The notes: generated by a model from the sequence alone, not told the origin. A stretch of 64,000 nt of DNA from an uncultured Acetobacterium sp. (GCA_963664135.1 OY760905.1:1636736-1700735), one strand, 5' to 3'; numbered from the stretch's first letter, positions 20,058-32,581 are shown. Translations and numbers: made by a program.

Positions 20058-20144
20058 AAATTCCTGCTTTCTTAATTTAGTATGGCGTAACACTGAAAAG
20101 TCCTGCAACATTGAATGTCGCAGGACCTTGTAAAAAGTCTGATA

Positions 20145-20537
20145 TTAACGTTTTGAAAACTGTGGTGCACGACGGGCTTTTTTGAGACCGTATTTTTTTC
20201 TTTCAACCATTCGAGAATCTCGAGTTAAGTAACCGGCACGTTTCAGTGCTGGTCTCAGGTTGATATCTGCTTCAAGCAGCGCACGGGAAATCCCATGTCG
20301 GATTGCTCCAGCCTGTCCGGTAAAACCGCCACCATGAACATTGACAATGACGTCAAACGTTTCACGCGTTTCAGTTAAAGTTAAAGGTTGTCTTGCAATA
20401 ACCTTCAATGTTTCCATTCCGAAAAATTCATCAATATCACGTCCGTTAATAATGAATTTTCCACTCCCTGGTAATAATCGAACTCGGGCAACCGAGGTTT
20501 TTCTTCGTCCTGTTCCAAAATATTGTACTTTAGCCAT
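20145..20537 (-). CDS. rpsI: 30S ribosomal protein S9
   Basis: [23 protein letters not shown]. Confidence 0.98.
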   Translation of the reverse strand: MAKVQYFGTGRRKTSVARVRLLPGSGKFIINGRDIDEFFGMETLKVIARQPLTLTETRETFDVIVNVHGGGFTGQAGAIRHGISRALLEADINLRPALKRAGYLTRDSRMVERKKYGLKKARRAPQFSKR

Positions 20538-20560
20538 TCTCTATTTCCTCCTTCTCAGCA

Positions 20561-20998
20561 TTAAAATTCGTAAACTTCAGGCAATTGTGCAGCGTGTGGA
20601 TGTTCATTGCCAGCATAAACTTTTAGTTTAGTCGCAATTTTATCCCCTAACTTGTTATGTGGGATCATACCCTTCACTGCTTTGAAAACCAAAAGTTCTG
20701 GTTTTTCAGCTAAGAATTTTCGGTAGGTCATTTCTTTTAATCCACCGCAATATCCAGAATATGTTTTATATAATTTCTGATCTAACTTGTTTCCGGTTAA
20801 CACAATTTTTTCGGCATTAATAATAATAACAAAATCTCCACAATCCATATGTGGTGAAAAAATTGGTTTGTTTTTTCCTCGTAAAATATTTGCAACTTCT
20901 GTCGCCAGACGTCCTAATACCTTACCTTCAGCATCAATCACATACCATTTACGGTCTATTTCATGAGATTTGGCCATTATTGTGGCATTCGCATTCAT
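20561..20998 (-). CDS. rplM: 50S ribosomal protein L13
   Basis: [22 protein letters not shown]. Confidence 0.98.
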   Translation of the reverse strand: MNANATIMAKSHEIDRKWYVIDAEGKVLGRLATEVANILRGKNKPIFSPHMDCGDFVIIINAEKIVLTGNKLDQKLYKTYSGYCGGLKEMTYRKFLAEKPELLVFKAVKGMIPHNKLGDKIATKLKVYAGNEHPHAAQLPEVYEF

Positions 20999-21039
20999 CT
21001 CAAAAGTCCTCCTCAGTTAATAATTTCTTTATTTTAATA

Positions 21040-21115
21040 TCTATTGGCTTTCCGATAAGTGGGAGTTATCAGAAATCGTTTTTTATCGTATCGGGGCTAG
21101 TGATACATTAACGTC
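21040..21115 (-). promoter_or_regulatory. L13-leader-like 5' UTR
   Basis: Contains TAGCCCCG motif recalled from Firmicute L13 leaders; between promoter and rplM. Confidence 0.45.
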
Positions 21116-21123
21116 CATCGTTA

Positions 21124-21152
21124 ATTCTATAGCATCTTCCCGGGTGTGTCAA
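21124..21152 (-). promoter_or_regulatory. Sigma-A promoter of rplM-rpsI
   Basis: TTGACA-17 nt-TAGAAT. Confidence 0.75.
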
Positions 21153-21181
21153 GTTATTTATGCCGATTTGACTGATATTTT

Positions 21182-21916
21182 TTAATAGTAGACTTCCTTT
21201 AAGTATAGGCCTTGGGCAGGGGCTGTTACCCCTGCATGGCTACGGTCCTTACTTTCGATGATCTTTGTCATATCTTGAGGGCGTAAACGATGATAGCCCA
21301 CTTCATAAAGGGTTCCGACCATGATCCTGACCATATTGTAGAGAAAGCCATTTCCCCGAAAGGTTATCTCCCGAAGATCGCCATTTTTATCAAATGAAAT
21401 TTCTTCAATGGTGCGGATCGTTGTTTTAATCGAGCTGCCGCTTGCCATAAAGGTTATGAAATCATGCTCGCCAATAAAATGTGCCGCCGCCTCTTTCATG
21501 GCCATCCAGTCCAGCGAGCGACTGATGTGGAAAGCCAGATCGGAGTAAAAGGGACTACCTATCGGACTCTCATAAATTTTGTAGATATAACTCTTACCTT
21601 TGGCATGATAGCGGCTGTGAAAGTTACTGTCACATTCCCTGCTGCCGATAATACGGATATCGTGGGGCAGCCTGGTGTTCAGGGCACGATAAAAGACATC
21701 CGGTGGAATGGTTGATGCAGTCAAAAAATTGGCACTTTGACCCAATGCATGGACGCCGGCATCGGTTCGGCCTGAGCCGATCAGATTAACCGATTCGCCT
21801 GTCAACTCCCGGATGCCTCTGACAATGACTTCCTGAATGGTCGGCCCATTGGGCTGGACCTGCCAGCCGCAATAATTGGTGCCGCGATAACTGATAATTA
21901 ATTGTATATTTTTCAT
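21182..21916 (-). CDS. truA: tRNA pseudouridine(38-40) synthase
   Basis: GSGRTDAGVHA, GNGFLYNMVRI. Confidence 0.97.
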   Translation of the reverse strand: MKNIQLIISYRGTNYCGWQVQPNGPTIQEVIVRGIRELTGESVNLIGSGRTDAGVHALGQSANFLTASTIPPDVFYRALNTRLPHDIRIIGSRECDSNFHSRYHAKGKSYIYKIYESPIGSPFYSDLAFHISRSLDWMAMKEAAAHFIGEHDFITFMASGSSIKTTIRTIEEISFDKNGDLREITFRGNGFLYNMVRIMVGTLYEVGYHRLRPQDMTKIIESKDRSHAGVTAPAQGLYLKEVYY

Positions 21917-21932
21917 TTAATCTCGATTTTTC

Positions 21933-22754
21933 TTATACCGGAAATAATAACGGTATTTGAATCCAGGTAGTCAGATAAAGCCCGCCGATCATCGCAAACA
22001 TCAATCCCAGACTTACGCCATCTCTGGTTTCAAATGCCAATTGTTTCATTCGGGTTCTGTTTTCGCCGCCGCGATAACATCGTGCTTCCATGGCGGTGGC
22101 CAATTCATCCGCTCGGCGAAAGGCCGAAATAAACAAGGGAATCAGAATCGGGATCAGATTTTTGGCACGTGCAATGATATTACCAGTTTCAAAATTAGCC
22201 CCTCTGGCTTTTTGAGCCTTCATAATCCGCTCCGTTTCCTCCATCAACGTTGGGATAAAACGCAGTGCGATTGACATCATCATTGCTAACTCATGGGCAT
22301 AGCGCCGCACAAACGGAATAAAACGCATGCACCACTCCATTCCATCCGTTAGGTCGATGGGGGATGTTGTCAGGGTCATGATACTGGTTCCGATTACCAG
22401 AAAGATCAAACGCAAAGCCATATAGGTGGCTACCTTCAAACCTTCGATGGTTACCGTCAGCGGACCAAGCGTTGCCACTGGGGTTCCTGGGGTCATAAAT
22501 AAATTTAGGACAACCGTCAGCATGATAATCAACACTAAGCCCTTGATGCCACGCACGATATAACCAATCGGAATTTTTGACAGGAGCGTGATGGTCACTA
22601 GTATCAGAAATGTAGCTAAATAGCCCCATAAATTGTTCAAAAAAAACAACATCACAACAAATGCTGTGGTAAACAGTATTTTCGTCCGGGGATCCAGTTT
22701 ATGGATCACTGACCCAGTTGGATAATACTGTCCAATTGTAACATCTTTTAACAT
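21933..22754 (-). CDS. ecfT: ECF transporter transmembrane component T
   Basis: IHKLDPRTK, ALRFIPTL, AQKARG, AMEARCY. Confidence 0.95.
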   Translation of the reverse strand: MLKDVTIGQYYPTGSVIHKLDPRTKILFTTAFVVMLFFLNNLWGYLATFLILVTITLLSKIPIGYIVRGIKGLVLIIMLTVVLNLFMTPGTPVATLGPLTVTIEGLKVATYMALRLIFLVIGTSIMTLTTSPIDLTDGMEWCMRFIPFVRRYAHELAMMMSIALRFIPTLMEETERIMKAQKARGANFETGNIIARAKNLIPILIPLFISAFRRADELATAMEARCYRGGENRTRMKQLAFETRDGVSLGLMFAMIGGLYLTTWIQIPLLFPV

Positions 22755-22758
22755 TATA

Positions 22759-23613
22759 TTATCCTCTTATGACTTTGAGAATTTCTTTTTTTGCTGCTTC
22801 CACAGTAAAAATATCTTCTCTAATTTCTGGATATTTTTCTTTCAGTCGTCGCATCAGATAGGTCACTTCCGGCACCGCCAGTCCAATGCTTTCAAGCGTG
22901 GTTATTTCTGTGAAAACATGGTTCGGGGTATCAAAAAATACGACTTCGCCCTCATTCATAACCAGAATCTTATCGACCATTTTCCCAATATCTTCCATAC
23001 TATGAGAGACCAGAATAACGGTAATTTGTTTCTGGGTATGCAATGACTTGATCTGTGCCAATATTTCTTCCCGCCCCCGGGGATCCAAGCCTGCTGTCGG
23101 TTCATCCAGAATCAAAACTGAAGGCTCCATCGCTAAAACCCCGGCAATGGCAACCCGGCGCATTTGTCCGCCAGAGAGTTCAAAGGGTGATTTATCCTTC
23201 ACTTCTTCAAAATCCAGACCAACCATTTTAATGGACTGTCTGACCCGTTGGTCAATTTCTTCCGCGCTAAGGCCTTGGTTCTTGGGACCGAAAGCAACAT
23301 CTTTTTGAACAGTTTCTTCAAATAGCTGATGTTCCGGGTACTGAAAAACCAAGCCGATATGGTGTCTGAGTAGAATCATATCGGATTTTTTTGTTGCAAA
23401 TATATCTTTTCCGTCCACTAGAACCGTTCCAGATGTTGGTACCAGTAACCCATTAAGGTGCTGAATAAGCGTGGATTTACCAGAACCGGTATGACCGATA
23501 ATGCCGATAAAGCTGCCATCCTCAATCGTAATATTGATATCTTTGAGGGCCTTGAATTCAAAAGGTGAACTTTCCGAATAGGTATGCGAGAGATTTTTGA
23601 TTTCTACTGACAT
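22759..23613 (-). CDS. ecfA2: ECF transporter ATPase A2
   Basis: [26 protein letters not shown]. Confidence 0.95.
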   Translation of the reverse strand: MSVEIKNLSHTYSESSPFEFKALKDINITIEDGSFIGIIGHTGSGKSTLIQHLNGLLVPTSGTVLVDGKDIFATKKSDMILLRHHIGLVFQYPEHQLFEETVQKDVAFGPKNQGLSAEEIDQRVRQSIKMVGLDFEEVKDKSPFELSGGQMRRVAIAGVLAMEPSVLILDEPTAGLDPRGREEILAQIKSLHTQKQITVILVSHSMEDIGKMVDKILVMNEGEVVFFDTPNHVFTEITTLESIGLAVPEVTYLMRRLKEKYPEIREDIFTVEAAKKEILKVIRG

Positions 23614-24464
23614 AACGCATTCACCATTTCCTCAATACTTAAAATATCATCCGACATTTTCATCCCTTCGTTTCGGAGCTCATAGGCAAGCTCGGTCATT
23701 TGCGGTACGTCCAGACCAATCTCTTTCAGGCGTTTTACCTGTCTGAAGATCGAGCGGGGCTCACCTTCCATAACCACCTTCCCTTTATCAAGGACGATAA
23801 TTCGATCAGCATCGACGATTTCTTCCATAAAATGCGTAATATGAATAACAGTCATTTCTTTATCGTGGTTGAGTCGTTTAATGGTCTCCATAACTTCCCG
23901 CCGTCCTGATGGATCAAGCATCGCTGTCGGTTCATCAAAAATAATACACTCCGGCTCCATCGCCAGAATTCCGGCAATGGCAATTCGCTGCTTTTGTCCT
24001 CCAGATAATTGGTGGGGCTTTTGATGTGCATAAGCCTGCATCTCGACAATCGCCAAGGCCCGGTCGACCCGCTCACGGATCTCCAAAGGTGGCACACCGA
24101 GGTTTTCCGGTCCGAAAGCCACATCTTCTTCCACGATGGTTGCAACCAGCTGGTTATCTGGGTTCTGAAAAACCATACCGGCAGTCTGACGGATCGTCCA
24201 CAGATTTTCGTGATCCTTGGTATTAAGACCACTGACGATCACATCGCCCTGGGTCGGGAAAATGATCGCATTTAGTAATTTGGAAAGGGTGGATTTTCCC
24301 GAACCATTATGTCCAATGATTCCGACAAATTCACCTTTTTCAATATGTAAACTGATTCCGTCAAGTGCAACGACTGACTCATTTTCGTTATTGTGAGGAT
24401 AGGTGAAATGAACATCCCGCACCTCAATCATTTTATCTTTGCTCTTCTTCGTCACTATTTTCAC
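23604..24464 (-). CDS. ecfA1: ECF transporter ATPase A1 (alternative start 24431)
   Basis: [24 protein letters not shown]. Confidence 0.95.
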   Translation of the reverse strand: MKIVTKKSKDKMIEVRDVHFTYPHNNENESVVALDGISLHIEKGEFVGIIGHNGSGKSTLSKLLNAIIFPTQGDVIVSGLNTKDHENLWTIRQTAGMVFQNPDNQLVATIVEEDVAFGPENLGVPPLEIRERVDRALAIVEMQAYAHQKPHQLSGGQKQRIAIAGILAMEPECIIFDEPTAMLDPSGRREVMETIKRLNHDKEMTVIHITHFMEEIVDADRIIVLDKGKVVMEGEPRSIFRQVKRLKEIGLDVPQMTELAYELRNEGMKMSDDILSIEEMVNALCQ

Positions 24465-24496
24465 CTTCTTTGGTGTTAATTAATTAGATTTAAAAT

Positions 24497-24667
24497 TAGG
24501 TAATTGCAAAACTCAAAACCGACGAACAATGATTGCTTTGTGTTCAGTTTCCACAAACAATTTTGTAACGTGTAGGCGAACAGTTCATCGAACTGTCCGC
24601 CGTACAGTGTAGAAATTGTTTCGTGCGAAACTGGACACAAAGCTCACGGCACTTTCGCAATTACCTA
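24497..24667 (+). mobile_element. ~170-bp palindromic MITE-like repeat, copy 2
   Basis: Terminal inverted repeats TAGGTAATTGCAAAA / TTTCGCAATTACCTA; homologous to 2529-2697. Confidence 0.85.
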
Positions 24668-24732
24668 AGCTTTATAATATAAGAAAGGGATTAAGCGTAA
24701 ACAACATCTTAATCCCCTTTTTGCATCTTAAA

Positions 24733-25074
24733 TTATACTAATTCAATTATAGCCATTTCTGCGCCGTCGCCTCGACGTGGTCCAACTCGATAAATTCGAG
24801 TGTAGCCGCCGTTTCGTTCAGTATATTTAGGTGCTATTTCGTCAAACAATTGTTTTACCACTGCTTCTTGAGTGATATATGAAATTGCCTGTCTTCTGGC
24901 ATGTAAGTCGCCTCTTTTACCTAAAGTGACCATTTTATCTGCTATTCTTTTAACTTCCTTCGCTCTGGTTACGGTTGTTTCAATTTTACCGTGTTCTAAA
25001 AGGGCAGTGGTAAGATTACGCAATAATGCTCTTCTTTGATCAGAGGGACGGCCTAGTTTTCGATATCCCGCCAT
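24733..25074 (-). CDS. rplQ: 50S ribosomal protein L17
   Basis: [17 protein letters not shown]. Confidence 0.98.
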   Translation of the reverse strand: MAGYRKLGRPSDQRRALLRNLTTALLEHGKIETTVTRAKEVKRIADKMVTLGKRGDLHARRQAISYITQEAVVKQLFDEIAPKYTERNGGYTRIYRVGPRRGDGAEMAIIELV

Positions 25075-25078
25075 AGTG

Positions 25079-26038
25079 TTACTCCTTTGCCTTTTCTTCT
25101 TCTTGACTCAAGGACAATCCAATCTCTGCTAGTTTGTGCTTGATTTCATTAAGAGATTTACGTCCGAGGTTACGAACTTTAATCATATCCTCTTCGCTTC
25201 GTTGTGTTAATTTTTCAACTGTATCAATATTCGCCCGTCGTAAGCAGTTACTGGATCTTACAGAAAGCTCCAATTCTTCAATCGACATTTCGCGAATACG
25301 TTCTTTTTCACTTTCTTCTTTTTCCACCATAATTTCAACAGTCGTAGCATGTTCAGTTAAATTAATGAACAGGTTGAGATGTTCACTTAAAACTTTGGCT
25401 GCCAAAGAAAGTGCTTCTTCCGGGGTTGTCGTTCCGTCAGTCCAAATATCGATGGTTAATTTATCAAAGTCAGTAATTTGACCAACTCGGGTGTTTTCTA
25501 CTAAAAAATTAACTTTAATAATTGGCGAAAAGATAGAATCCATCGGAATAGTTCCAATAGGCATACCCGGATATTTATTTTTATCTGCCGCAACGTAACC
25601 TCGACCTTTTTCAATACGCATTTCCATATTCAGGGTAGAACCCTTAGACAAGGTAGCAATGTGCATTTCAGGGTTAAGAATATCGACGTCAGAATCTGCA
25701 ATGATATCACCAGCTGTGATTTCACCTTCTTCTGAAGCTTCAATGTAAATAACTTTAGGCTCATCAGTGTAAATTTCCGCAGCCAGTCCCTTCAGGTTCA
25801 GCAGGATTTCAATTACATCCTCTTTTACCCCGGGGATTGTGGAAAACTCATGTAATACGCCTTCAATTTTTACAGATGTTACTGCCACACCTGGTAGGGA
25901 TGACAGCATTATTCGTCTCAGACTGTTACCAAGGGTAGTTCCATATCCCCGCTCTAAAGGTTCAATGACAAACCGCCCGTAGGTTTCGTCGTCTTTTTTA
26001 TCAACAATTTCGATGACTGGTTTCTCGAATTCGATCAT
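25079..26038 (-). CDS. rpoA: RNA polymerase alpha subunit
   Basis: [24 protein letters not shown]. Confidence 0.99.
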   Translation of the reverse strand: MIEFEKPVIEIVDKKDDETYGRFVIEPLERGYGTTLGNSLRRIMLSSLPGVAVTSVKIEGVLHEFSTIPGVKEDVIEILLNLKGLAAEIYTDEPKVIYIEASEEGEITAGDIIADSDVDILNPEMHIATLSKGSTLNMEMRIEKGRGYVAADKNKYPGMPIGTIPMDSIFSPIIKVNFLVENTRVGQITDFDKLTIDIWTDGTTTPEEALSLAAKVLSEHLNLFINLTEHATTVEIMVEKEESEKERIREMSIEELELSVRSSNCLRRANIDTVEKLTQRSEEDMIKVRNLGRKSLNEIKHKLAEIGLSLSQEEEKAKE

Positions 26039-26109
26039 TTATCAGACCCTCCTACTTATTTATAATCCATACATTAACATGAGGGTTAATTGGTTCCCGA
26101 ACATGTAGC

Positions 26110-26739
26110 CTATTTAGAATACAATTCAACAATAAGATGTTCAGCAATTTCGACATCTAAGTCTTCTACTGCCGGTCTGCCAATGACTTTTCCTGATAGT
26201 GTTTCAACATCTTTAGACAACCATGGTGCAACGGTTCTATTTTCAGTCACTTCTAAAATGTCTTTGAATTTCTGAGATTTTTTGCTTTTTGGTCGAACTT
26301 CAATTACATCGCCCTCTTTCATGATATAAGAAGGGATGTTTAATTTTTTGCCGTTGATCAGGAAATGTTCATGATCAACCAATTGGCGAGCTTCTTTACG
26401 AGATGTTGCCATTCCTAAACGGTAAACCACATTATCTAAACGTGATTCTAAGTGAATTAACAGGTTATGACCGGTAATTCCCTTTTGTTTTTCAGCAATT
26501 TCAAAGTAACCACGGAATTGTTTTTCAAGAACGCCGTAAATACGTTTTGCTTTTTGTTTTTCTCGTAACTGAAGGCCATATTCAGATAATTTTGTTCTTC
26601 TTTTACCATGTTGACCTGGTGGTGTAGGACGTCTTTCGAACGCGCATTTATTTGTTGAATAACAACGTTCTCCCTTTAGGTACAATTTTGCACCTTCACG
26701 TCTACATTGTCGGCATGATGCTTCTATATTTCTTGACAT
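26110..26739 (-). CDS. rpsD: 30S ribosomal protein S4 (Cys-rich N-terminus)
   Basis: [21 protein letters not shown]; start moved to ATG 26739. Confidence 0.97.
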   Translation of the reverse strand: MSRNIEASCRQCRREGAKLYLKGERCYSTNKCAFERRPTPPGQHGKRRTKLSEYGLQLREKQKAKRIYGVLEKQFRGYFEIAEKQKGITGHNLLIHLESRLDNVVYRLGMATSRKEARQLVDHEHFLINGKKLNIPSYIMKEGDVIEVRPKSKKSQKFKDILEVTENRTVAPWLSKDVETLSGKVIGRPAVEDLDVEIAEHLIVELYSK

Positions 26740-26755
26740 AATTTTCGCCCTCCTA

Positions 26756-27148
26756 TTATACTCGTCGTCGCTTAGGTGGTCGACAACCGTTATGTGGAAT
26801 AGGCGTAACATCGCGGATCAGGGTAATTTCTAATCCAGCCGCCTGTAAGGCTCGAATTGCTGCCTCACGTCCGGAACCAGGGCCTTTGACTAAAACTTCT
26901 ACGCTTTTAAGTCCATGCTCCATGGCCGCTTTTGCTGCTTCTTCTGCTGCCATTTGAGAAGCAAAAGGCGTGCTTTTTCGCGAACCTTTAAAACCTAATC
27001 CACCAGAACTTGCCCATGAAAGAGCATTTCCTGACATATCTGTAATGGTAACAATTGTATTGTTGAAAGAAGATTGAATATGGGCCTGGCCACGTTCGAT
27101 ATTCTTTTTAACTTTTTTTACTTTTCTTCGTGCTTTTTTAACTGCCAT
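26756..27148 (-). CDS. rpsK: 30S ribosomal protein S11
   Basis: [25 protein letters not shown]. Confidence 0.98.
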   Translation of the reverse strand: MAVKKARRKVKKVKKNIERGQAHIQSSFNNTIVTITDMSGNALSWASSGGLGFKGSRKSTPFASQMAAEEAAKAAMEHGLKSVEVLVKGPGSGREAAIRALQAAGLEITLIRDVTPIPHNGCRPPKRRRV

Positions 27149-27161
27149 TCTTTAGCCCTCC

Positions 27162-27524
27162 TTATTTCTTTTTACTTACGAGACGTTTAGGACCTTTTCG
27201 TGTTCTGGCATTAGTTTTAGTCTTTTGCCCTCTAACAGGAAGTCCTCGACGATGACGTAATCCTCTATAAGATCCAATTTCTATCAGTCGTTTAATGTTT
27301 AAGTTGACTTCTCTACGAAGGTCACCTTCAACGGTGTACTTATCAATCGTATTTCTCAGATCATTAACTTCAGTTTCAGTTAGATCTTTAACTCTGGTAT
27401 CTGGATTGATATTTAAATCTTTTAATATTTGTAATGATGTTGAATGTCCAATACCATAAATGTAAGTTAATCCAATTTCTACCCGCTTATCTCGGGGCAA
27501 ATCGACTCCGGCAATTCTTGCCAT
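27162..27524 (-). CDS. rpsM: 30S ribosomal protein S13
   Basis: [26 protein letters not shown]. Confidence 0.98.
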   Translation of the reverse strand: MARIAGVDLPRDKRVEIGLTYIYGIGHSTSLQILKDLNINPDTRVKDLTETEVNDLRNTIDKYTVEGDLRREVNLNIKRLIEIGSYRGLRHRRGLPVRGQKTKTNARTRKGPKRLVSKKK

Positions 27525-27671
27525 AGGGTGTGTACCTCCTAAATTGTTTTCTTAATGCTGGTGGATCAATCAAATTAGTGACGTAATTGATTTTTTTCCC
27601 AGTGTATTGTTTATATCATGAACATGACTAAAATTGCCGCGGTCATGCTCTTTTTTTCTGGACTCGACGGT

Positions 27672-27785
27672 TCAACCTTGTTTTTGTTTGTGTTTTGGAT
27701 TTTCACAAATAACCATAACACGACCATTTCTCTTAATAATTTTGCATTTTTCACAAATCGGTTTTACTGATGGTCTAACTTTCAT
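27672..27785 (-). CDS. rpmJ: 50S ribosomal protein L36 (below ORF-track length cutoff)
   Basis: Manual translation [37 protein letters not shown]. Confidence 0.97.
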   Translation of the reverse strand: MKVRPSVKPICEKCKIIKRNGRVMVICENPKHKQKQG

Positions 27786-27798
27786 TTGTATGCCTCCT

Positions 27799-28026
27799 TT
27801 ATGATTTCCCTTTTCCACGCCATACGATACGCCCGCGGGTCAAATCATATGGGGATAATTCAACAACTACCTTATCTCCCGGTAAAATTCTTATGTAGTT
27901 CATGCGAAGTTTTCCCGAAATATGTGCAGTTATCTGATGTCCATTTTCCAATTCAACTAAGAAAATAGTGTTTGGTAATGACTCAATAACTGAGCCTTCT
28001 ACCTCGATAACATCTTTTTTGGCCAT
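27799..28026 (-). CDS. infA: Translation initiation factor IF-1
   Basis: [17 protein letters not shown]. Confidence 0.98.
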   Translation of the reverse strand: MAKKDVIEVEGSVIESLPNTIFLVELENGHQITAHISGKLRMNYIRILPGDKVVVELSPYDLTRGRIVWRGKGKS

Positions 28027-28029
28027 TGA

Positions 28030-28335
28030 TCAAACCTCCTCACGATTCTCATCCCCAACACCATCAGGCATGTGATAGGACTCGAGTATTTTTCTTATCT
28101 CAGCGTTAGTTATCTTTTTTCCAATTAATATTTTATCACGAATATCTGTGGCAATGTGATTCGTCTTCGCTAAGTGTTTGACCTTTTTTTTCTTTGGATT
28201 ACTCACTTTACGAAGTTTTCCATTCGATACATAGGTGAAATGGTCGTCCACCACTTCAATAACCACCATAAACTGACCCTTATCTCGGCCAGCAGTAGAA
28301 CGAACCACTTGTCCAACTTTAAATTCATTCATCAT
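28030..28335 (-). CDS. KOW-domain (L14e-like) RNA-binding protein
   Basis: GQVVRSTAGRDKG..NPKKKKVKHL; usual clostridial position between map and infA. Confidence 0.88.
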   Translation of the reverse strand: MMNEFKVGQVVRSTAGRDKGQFMVVIEVVDDHFTYVSNGKLRKVSNPKKKKVKHLAKTNHIATDIRDKILIGKKITNAEIRKILESYHMPDGVGDENREEV

Positions 28336-28343
28336 TCACCAAC

Positions 28344-29093
28344 TTAAATCACAGTCAAAAGTTCAGGCTCGCCGGTGCCGGTAATCAATATGGTATGTTC
28401 ATAGTGTGAAGAAAGCTTACCATCTGTTGTTACCACCGTCCAACCATCTTTTAAAGTAACCACATCATAAGTTCCAATGTTTACCATTGGTTCTATGGCC
28501 AAAGTCATTCCCTGTCGTAGTCTGGGACCTCGTCCCTTAGGGCCATAGTTAGGAATGGGTGGATCTTCATGCATTTTCTTACCAACACCATGGCCAACAT
28601 AATCTCGAACAACAGAAAATCCGTTTTCCTCAACATATGATTGGATGGCATTTGAAATATCCGATAGCCGATAGCCATCTTTAGCAAAGGCAATTCCTTT
28701 ATAAAAGGACTCCCGAGTGACTCTGATCAACTTTTCTGCTTCTTCGGAAATAGTGCCAACACCATGTGTTACCGCTGCATCACCAACGTAGCCATTATAG
28801 GTTGCGCCAATGTCAATGCTGATGATATCACCATCCTGCAAACGTCGTTTCTCGGGAATCCCATGAACCACGACTTCATTAATTGAAGCACAAATGGAGT
28901 TTGGGAAACCACCATAGCCTTTAAATGTTGGAATAGCACCTGCATTACGAATATATAGTTCGACTGCATGATCCAGTTCTTGTGTTGTTACCCCAGGTTT
29001 GATCATTTCGCCAACTAGGGCATGAGCGCCTGCCACAATCTTTCCGGCATGACGCATCAGATCAATTTCCTTTTGGGATTTTATGGTTATCAT
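28344..29093 (-). CDS. map: Methionine aminopeptidase type I
   Basis: VVHGIP, GHGVG..MHEDP, AIEPM, HYEHT. Confidence 0.97.
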   Translation of the reverse strand: MITIKSQKEIDLMRHAGKIVAGAHALVGEMIKPGVTTQELDHAVELYIRNAGAIPTFKGYGGFPNSICASINEVVVHGIPEKRRLQDGDIISIDIGATYNGYVGDAAVTHGVGTISEEAEKLIRVTRESFYKGIAFAKDGYRLSDISNAIQSYVEENGFSVVRDYVGHGVGKKMHEDPPIPNYGPKGRGPRLRQGMTLAIEPMVNIGTYDVVTLKDGWTVVTTDGKLSSHYEHTILITGTGEPELLTVI

Positions 29094-29095
29094 CT

Positions 29096-29755
29096 TTAAT
29101 TAACTCCACTTAGGATTTCTTTAATATTCTCAAAAACATCATTCATATGTTGCAGACCATTAATATTGATAATCTTTTGTTTATCTTCATAGAATTCAAT
29201 TAATGGTTCTGTTTGATCCTGATAGACTTGTATTCTTTTTTGTACTGTTTCGACTTTATCATCTTCACGTTGATACAATGGTGTTCCATCTAAGTCGCAG
29301 ACACCTTCAACCTTTGGTTTACTGTATTTAATATGATAGGTAGCATGACATTTAGGACAGATGCGACGTCCTGAAACCCGCTCAATTAGAATATCAAATG
29401 GTACTTCCAGGTTAATTGCAAAATCCAGTTCACAATCACGCTTGGCATTAATTTGACATAAAGCTTCTGCTTGAGCCACTGTTCGCGGAAATCCGTCTAG
29501 CAAGTAGCCATAGCTAGCGGCTTGAACATCGTCATGAGTCAAACGATCTTCTACCATATCAAGAACGAGTTGGTCTGGTACCAAAAGGCCTTGAGCCATA
29601 TATTCTTTTGCTTTTTGACCAAGCGCTGTGTCATTGCTCATGTTTTCTCTGAAGAGATCGCCGGTTGAAATATGTGGTATATTGTAGGTTTCACAGATTT
29701 GTTTTGCCTGCGTTCCTTTACCAGCTCCCGGAGGTCCTAATAATACAATTCTCAT
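29096..29755 (-). CDS. adk: Adenylate kinase
   Basis: [18 protein letters not shown], Zn-type LID. Confidence 0.98.
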   Translation of the reverse strand: MRIVLLGPPGAGKGTQAKQICETYNIPHISTGDLFRENMSNDTALGQKAKEYMAQGLLVPDQLVLDMVEDRLTHDDVQAASYGYLLDGFPRTVAQAEALCQINAKRDCELDFAINLEVPFDILIERVSGRRICPKCHATYHIKYSKPKVEGVCDLDGTPLYQREDDKVETVQKRIQVYQDQTEPLIEFYEDKQKIININGLQHMNDVFENIKEILSGVN

Positions 29756-29778
29756 TTTTCACTTATCTCCAGTTCATT

Positions 29779-31038
29779 TTAAGATTTTAAAAATCCCTGA
29801 TGGTGTCTCATCATCATTTCTGATTCAATCTGTTTAACCGTTTCTAGGGCTACCCCAACAACAATCAGCAGACTTGTTCCACCGAACTGAAGATTGACAC
29901 CCATGAAATTACCTACAAAAATAGGAATAACAGCAATGATCGCTAAGAAGACGCCACCAAATAATGTTAATCGGTTCATAATTCTCGAGAAGTACTCTAC
30001 GGTTGGTTTCCCGGGTCTGATCCCTGGAACATAACCACCCTGTTTTTTAATATTTTCAGCAACATCAAATGGATTGAATGTAACTGCTGTATAAAAATAG
30101 GTAAACGCTATAATTAATACGACATAAATTGTCGTTGATAACCATGATCCCCAAGCAAAATAGGTCGAAATCCAATTTGCAAAAGCTGACGTTGGGAAAA
30201 AGCTAGCCAGGGTTGCCGGGAACAATGCCAGTGAACTAGCAAAAATGACTGGAATAACGCCGGCCATGTTAACTCTCAATGGAATATGTGTGCTTTGCCC
30301 ACCATACATTTTTCTGCCAACAACACGTTTTGCGTATTGAACTGGTATTCTTCGTTGACCTTCTTGAATCGCAACAACACCAAACACGACCACAACAATA
30401 AATACAACAAACAATAAAATGCTGATGATACTAAGGGTACCAATTGTTACATAGTTGTACATTTGATAAATTGCAGACGGAATTCGTGATACGATACTGA
30501 TGAAAATAATCAGCGAAATACCATTACCAATGCCATTTTCAGTAATCTGCTCGCCCAAGTACATCAGGAAAGCAGTACCAGCGGTGATACATAAAACGAC
30601 AGTAAATACTGTGAAGGTTGTCTTTTCAAGCAATAAATCACCGAAAGACAGGCTCATGCCCAGTGCTTGAATCAGTGCTAAAACAATGGTTAAATAACGG
30701 GTATATTGGGCCAGCTTTTTTCGGCCTTCTTCCCCTTCTTTTTGCAATTTTTCTAGGGCTGGAATGGCAAAAGCCAATAGATTCATGATAATAGATGCAT
30801 TAATATACGGGGTAATACTCATGGCAAAAATCGTGAAATTGCCAAAGTTACCACCGGAAATAATATTAAATAGACCAAAAATCCCATTATCATTGACGAG
30901 CTGACTTAACTGTTCAGTATCAATAAAAGGAACCGGTATGAAGGATCCCAACCGATATACAAACAGCAATGCTAAAGTAATTAATATCTTACGTCGTAGA
31001 TCTGGAATTTTCCAAGCATCCTTCAAGGTAGAGACCAT
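29779..31038 (-). CDS. secY: Preprotein translocase SecY
   Basis: ITPYINASII, PGIRPG, GGTSLLIVVGV. Confidence 0.98.
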   Translation of the reverse strand: MVSTLKDAWKIPDLRRKILITLALLFVYRLGSFIPVPFIDTEQLSQLVNDNGIFGLFNIISGGNFGNFTIFAMSITPYINASIIMNLLAFAIPALEKLQKEGEEGRKKLAQYTRYLTIVLALIQALGMSLSFGDLLLEKTTFTVFTVVLCITAGTAFLMYLGEQITENGIGNGISLIIFISIVSRIPSAIYQMYNYVTIGTLSIISILLFVVFIVVVVFGVVAIQEGQRRIPVQYAKRVVGRKMYGGQSTHIPLRVNMAGVIPVIFASSLALFPATLASFFPTSAFANWISTYFAWGSWLSTTIYVVLIIAFTYFYTAVTFNPFDVAENIKKQGGYVPGIRPGKPTVEYFSRIMNRLTLFGGVFLAIIAVIPIFVGNFMGVNLQFGGTSLLIVVGVALETVKQIESEMMMRHHQGFLKS

Positions 31039-31039
31039 A

Positions 31040-31483
31040 TTAGATCACCTCTACCTTTCCTCCTCCAGCGAGAATTTTCTCCTCAGCTGATTTGCTGATT
31101 TTATGTGCTTTAATGGTGAATGCCTTTTCAACTTCTCCGTTTCCAAGGATTTTCAAGCCATCATTTAATTTTCGGATGAATCCGTATTCTAACAATAATT
31201 CAGGTGTGATTACTGTGTTTGCGTCAAAAGCATTCAGTTCTCCGACATTAACTATTGCAAATGTTTTTTTGAATCGAGCGTTTGAAAAACCACGTTTTGG
31301 TAAACGACGTGCTAATGGCATTTGTCCACCTTCAAAACCTGGTCGAACACCACCACCGGAACGTGATTTTTGTCCATCTTGTCCACGACCAGCAGTTTTT
31401 CCAAGACCAGAACCTGTACCACGTCCTTTTCTCTTGGGTGCCTTTTTTGAACCTGGGGCTGGACTTAAAGTATGTAACTTCAT
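31040..31483 (-). CDS. rplO: 50S ribosomal protein L15
   Basis: [16 protein letters not shown]. Confidence 0.98.
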   Translation of the reverse strand: MKLHTLSPAPGSKKAPKRKGRGTGSGLGKTAGRGQDGQKSRSGGGVRPGFEGGQMPLARRLPKRGFSNARFKKTFAIVNVGELNAFDANTVITPELLLEYGFIRKLNDGLKILGNGEVEKAFTIKAHKISKSAEEKILAGGGKVEVI

Positions 31484-31494
31484 ATTGACACCTC

Positions 31495-31677
31495 CTATAC
31501 TTCTTTTACATCGAGCATGAAGTCGGTTATATGAATCATGCCACGAATCTGAGGAGTGTCATTATGAGTTACGGTTTGGCCAATTTTCTTTAGGCCTAAA
31601 GCTTGAATGGTTGCCCGTTGTTTCGGGTTACGACCAATTAAACTTTTCTTTAATGTAATTTCTAATTGCTTAGCCAT
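31495..31677 (-). CDS. rpmD: 50S ribosomal protein L30
   Basis: [20 protein letters not shown]. Confidence 0.97.
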   Translation of the reverse strand: MAKQLEITLKKSLIGRNPKQRATIQALGLKKIGQTVTHNDTPQIRGMIHITDFMLDVKEV

Positions 31678-31688
31678 AATGATTCCTC

Positions 31689-32198
31689 CTAATCTAAAAT
31701 TTCTTCAGGTTTTTTGCCACGTTTTGCTGCTACTTCTTCAAGTGTAGTCAGTTCAGCAAGGCCTGCCATAGTAGCATTAACCATGTTACGTGCATTGTTT
31801 GATCCTAAAGATTTAGTACGAATATCTCTGATACCAGCTAATTCCAGTACTGCACGGACAGGGCCGCCAGCAATAACTCCGGTACCTTTTCCAGCAGGTT
31901 TAAGTAATACATGGCCTGCACCAGCTTCACCATTGACTAAGTGAGGAATAGTTGTTCCAACCATTGGCACTTTGATTAATGATTTTTTTGCTGCATCGAT
32001 ACCTTTACGAATCGCATCTGGAATTTCCATTGCTTTTCCTTTACCGACGCCAACATGACCGTTTTCGTCTCCAACAATCACAAGACAGCTGAATCTGAAG
32101 TTACGACCACCTTTTACAACCTTAGTTACGCGGTTGATGGCAACGACTTTTTCCTTCAAATCTAATGTACTTGGATCGATTTTTTTGTTTTGCATCAA
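31689..32198 (-). CDS. rpsE: 30S ribosomal protein S5
   Basis: [18 protein letters not shown]. Confidence 0.98.
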   Translation of the reverse strand: MMQNKKIDPSTLDLKEKVVAINRVTKVVKGGRNFRFSCLVIVGDENGHVGVGKGKAMEIPDAIRKGIDAAKKSLIKVPMVGTTIPHLVNGEAGAGHVLLKPAGKGTGVIAGGPVRAVLELAGIRDIRTKSLGSNNARNMVNATMAGLAELTTLEEVAAKRGKKPEEILD

Positions 32199-32212
32199 AT
32201 GACCTCCTTTAC

Positions 32213-32581
32213 TTAGAATTTCAGGCCGGCTTCACGAGCGCCGTCAGCCAATTCTTTTACTCTACCATGATATACATAACCGCCTCTGTCAAATACAACT
32301 GCTTCAATACCCTTTTCCAGAGCACGTTTGGCAATTGCCTGACCGACTGCTTTAGCTGCTGCTTTATCTCCACCTTTTGACAATTGACCTTTAAGATCAG
32401 AGTCATTGGAAGAAGCAGAAACCAATGTGATACCTTTGGTATCATCTATAATTTGAGCATAAATATTTTTATTACTTCTAAAAACGTTTAAGCGTGGTCT
32501 CATTTCAGTTCCAGAAATCTTGTTTCGGACCCGAAAGTGACGTGCGACACGTAATTTATTTTTAATGGGTTTCTTAATCAT
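32213..32581 (-). CDS. rplR: 50S ribosomal protein L18
   Basis: [21 protein letters not shown]. Confidence 0.98.
   Translation of the reverse strand: MIKKPIKNKLRVARHFRVRNKISGTEMRPRLNVFRSNKNIYAQIIDDTKGITLVSASSNDSDLKGQLSKGGDKAAAKAVGQAIAKRALEKGIEAVVFDRGGYVYHGRVKELADGAREAGLKF

Noticed and set aside
28030-28335. Extra KOW gene within the ribosomal operon
   Set aside because: Conserved, known feature of clostridial spc-alpha junctions
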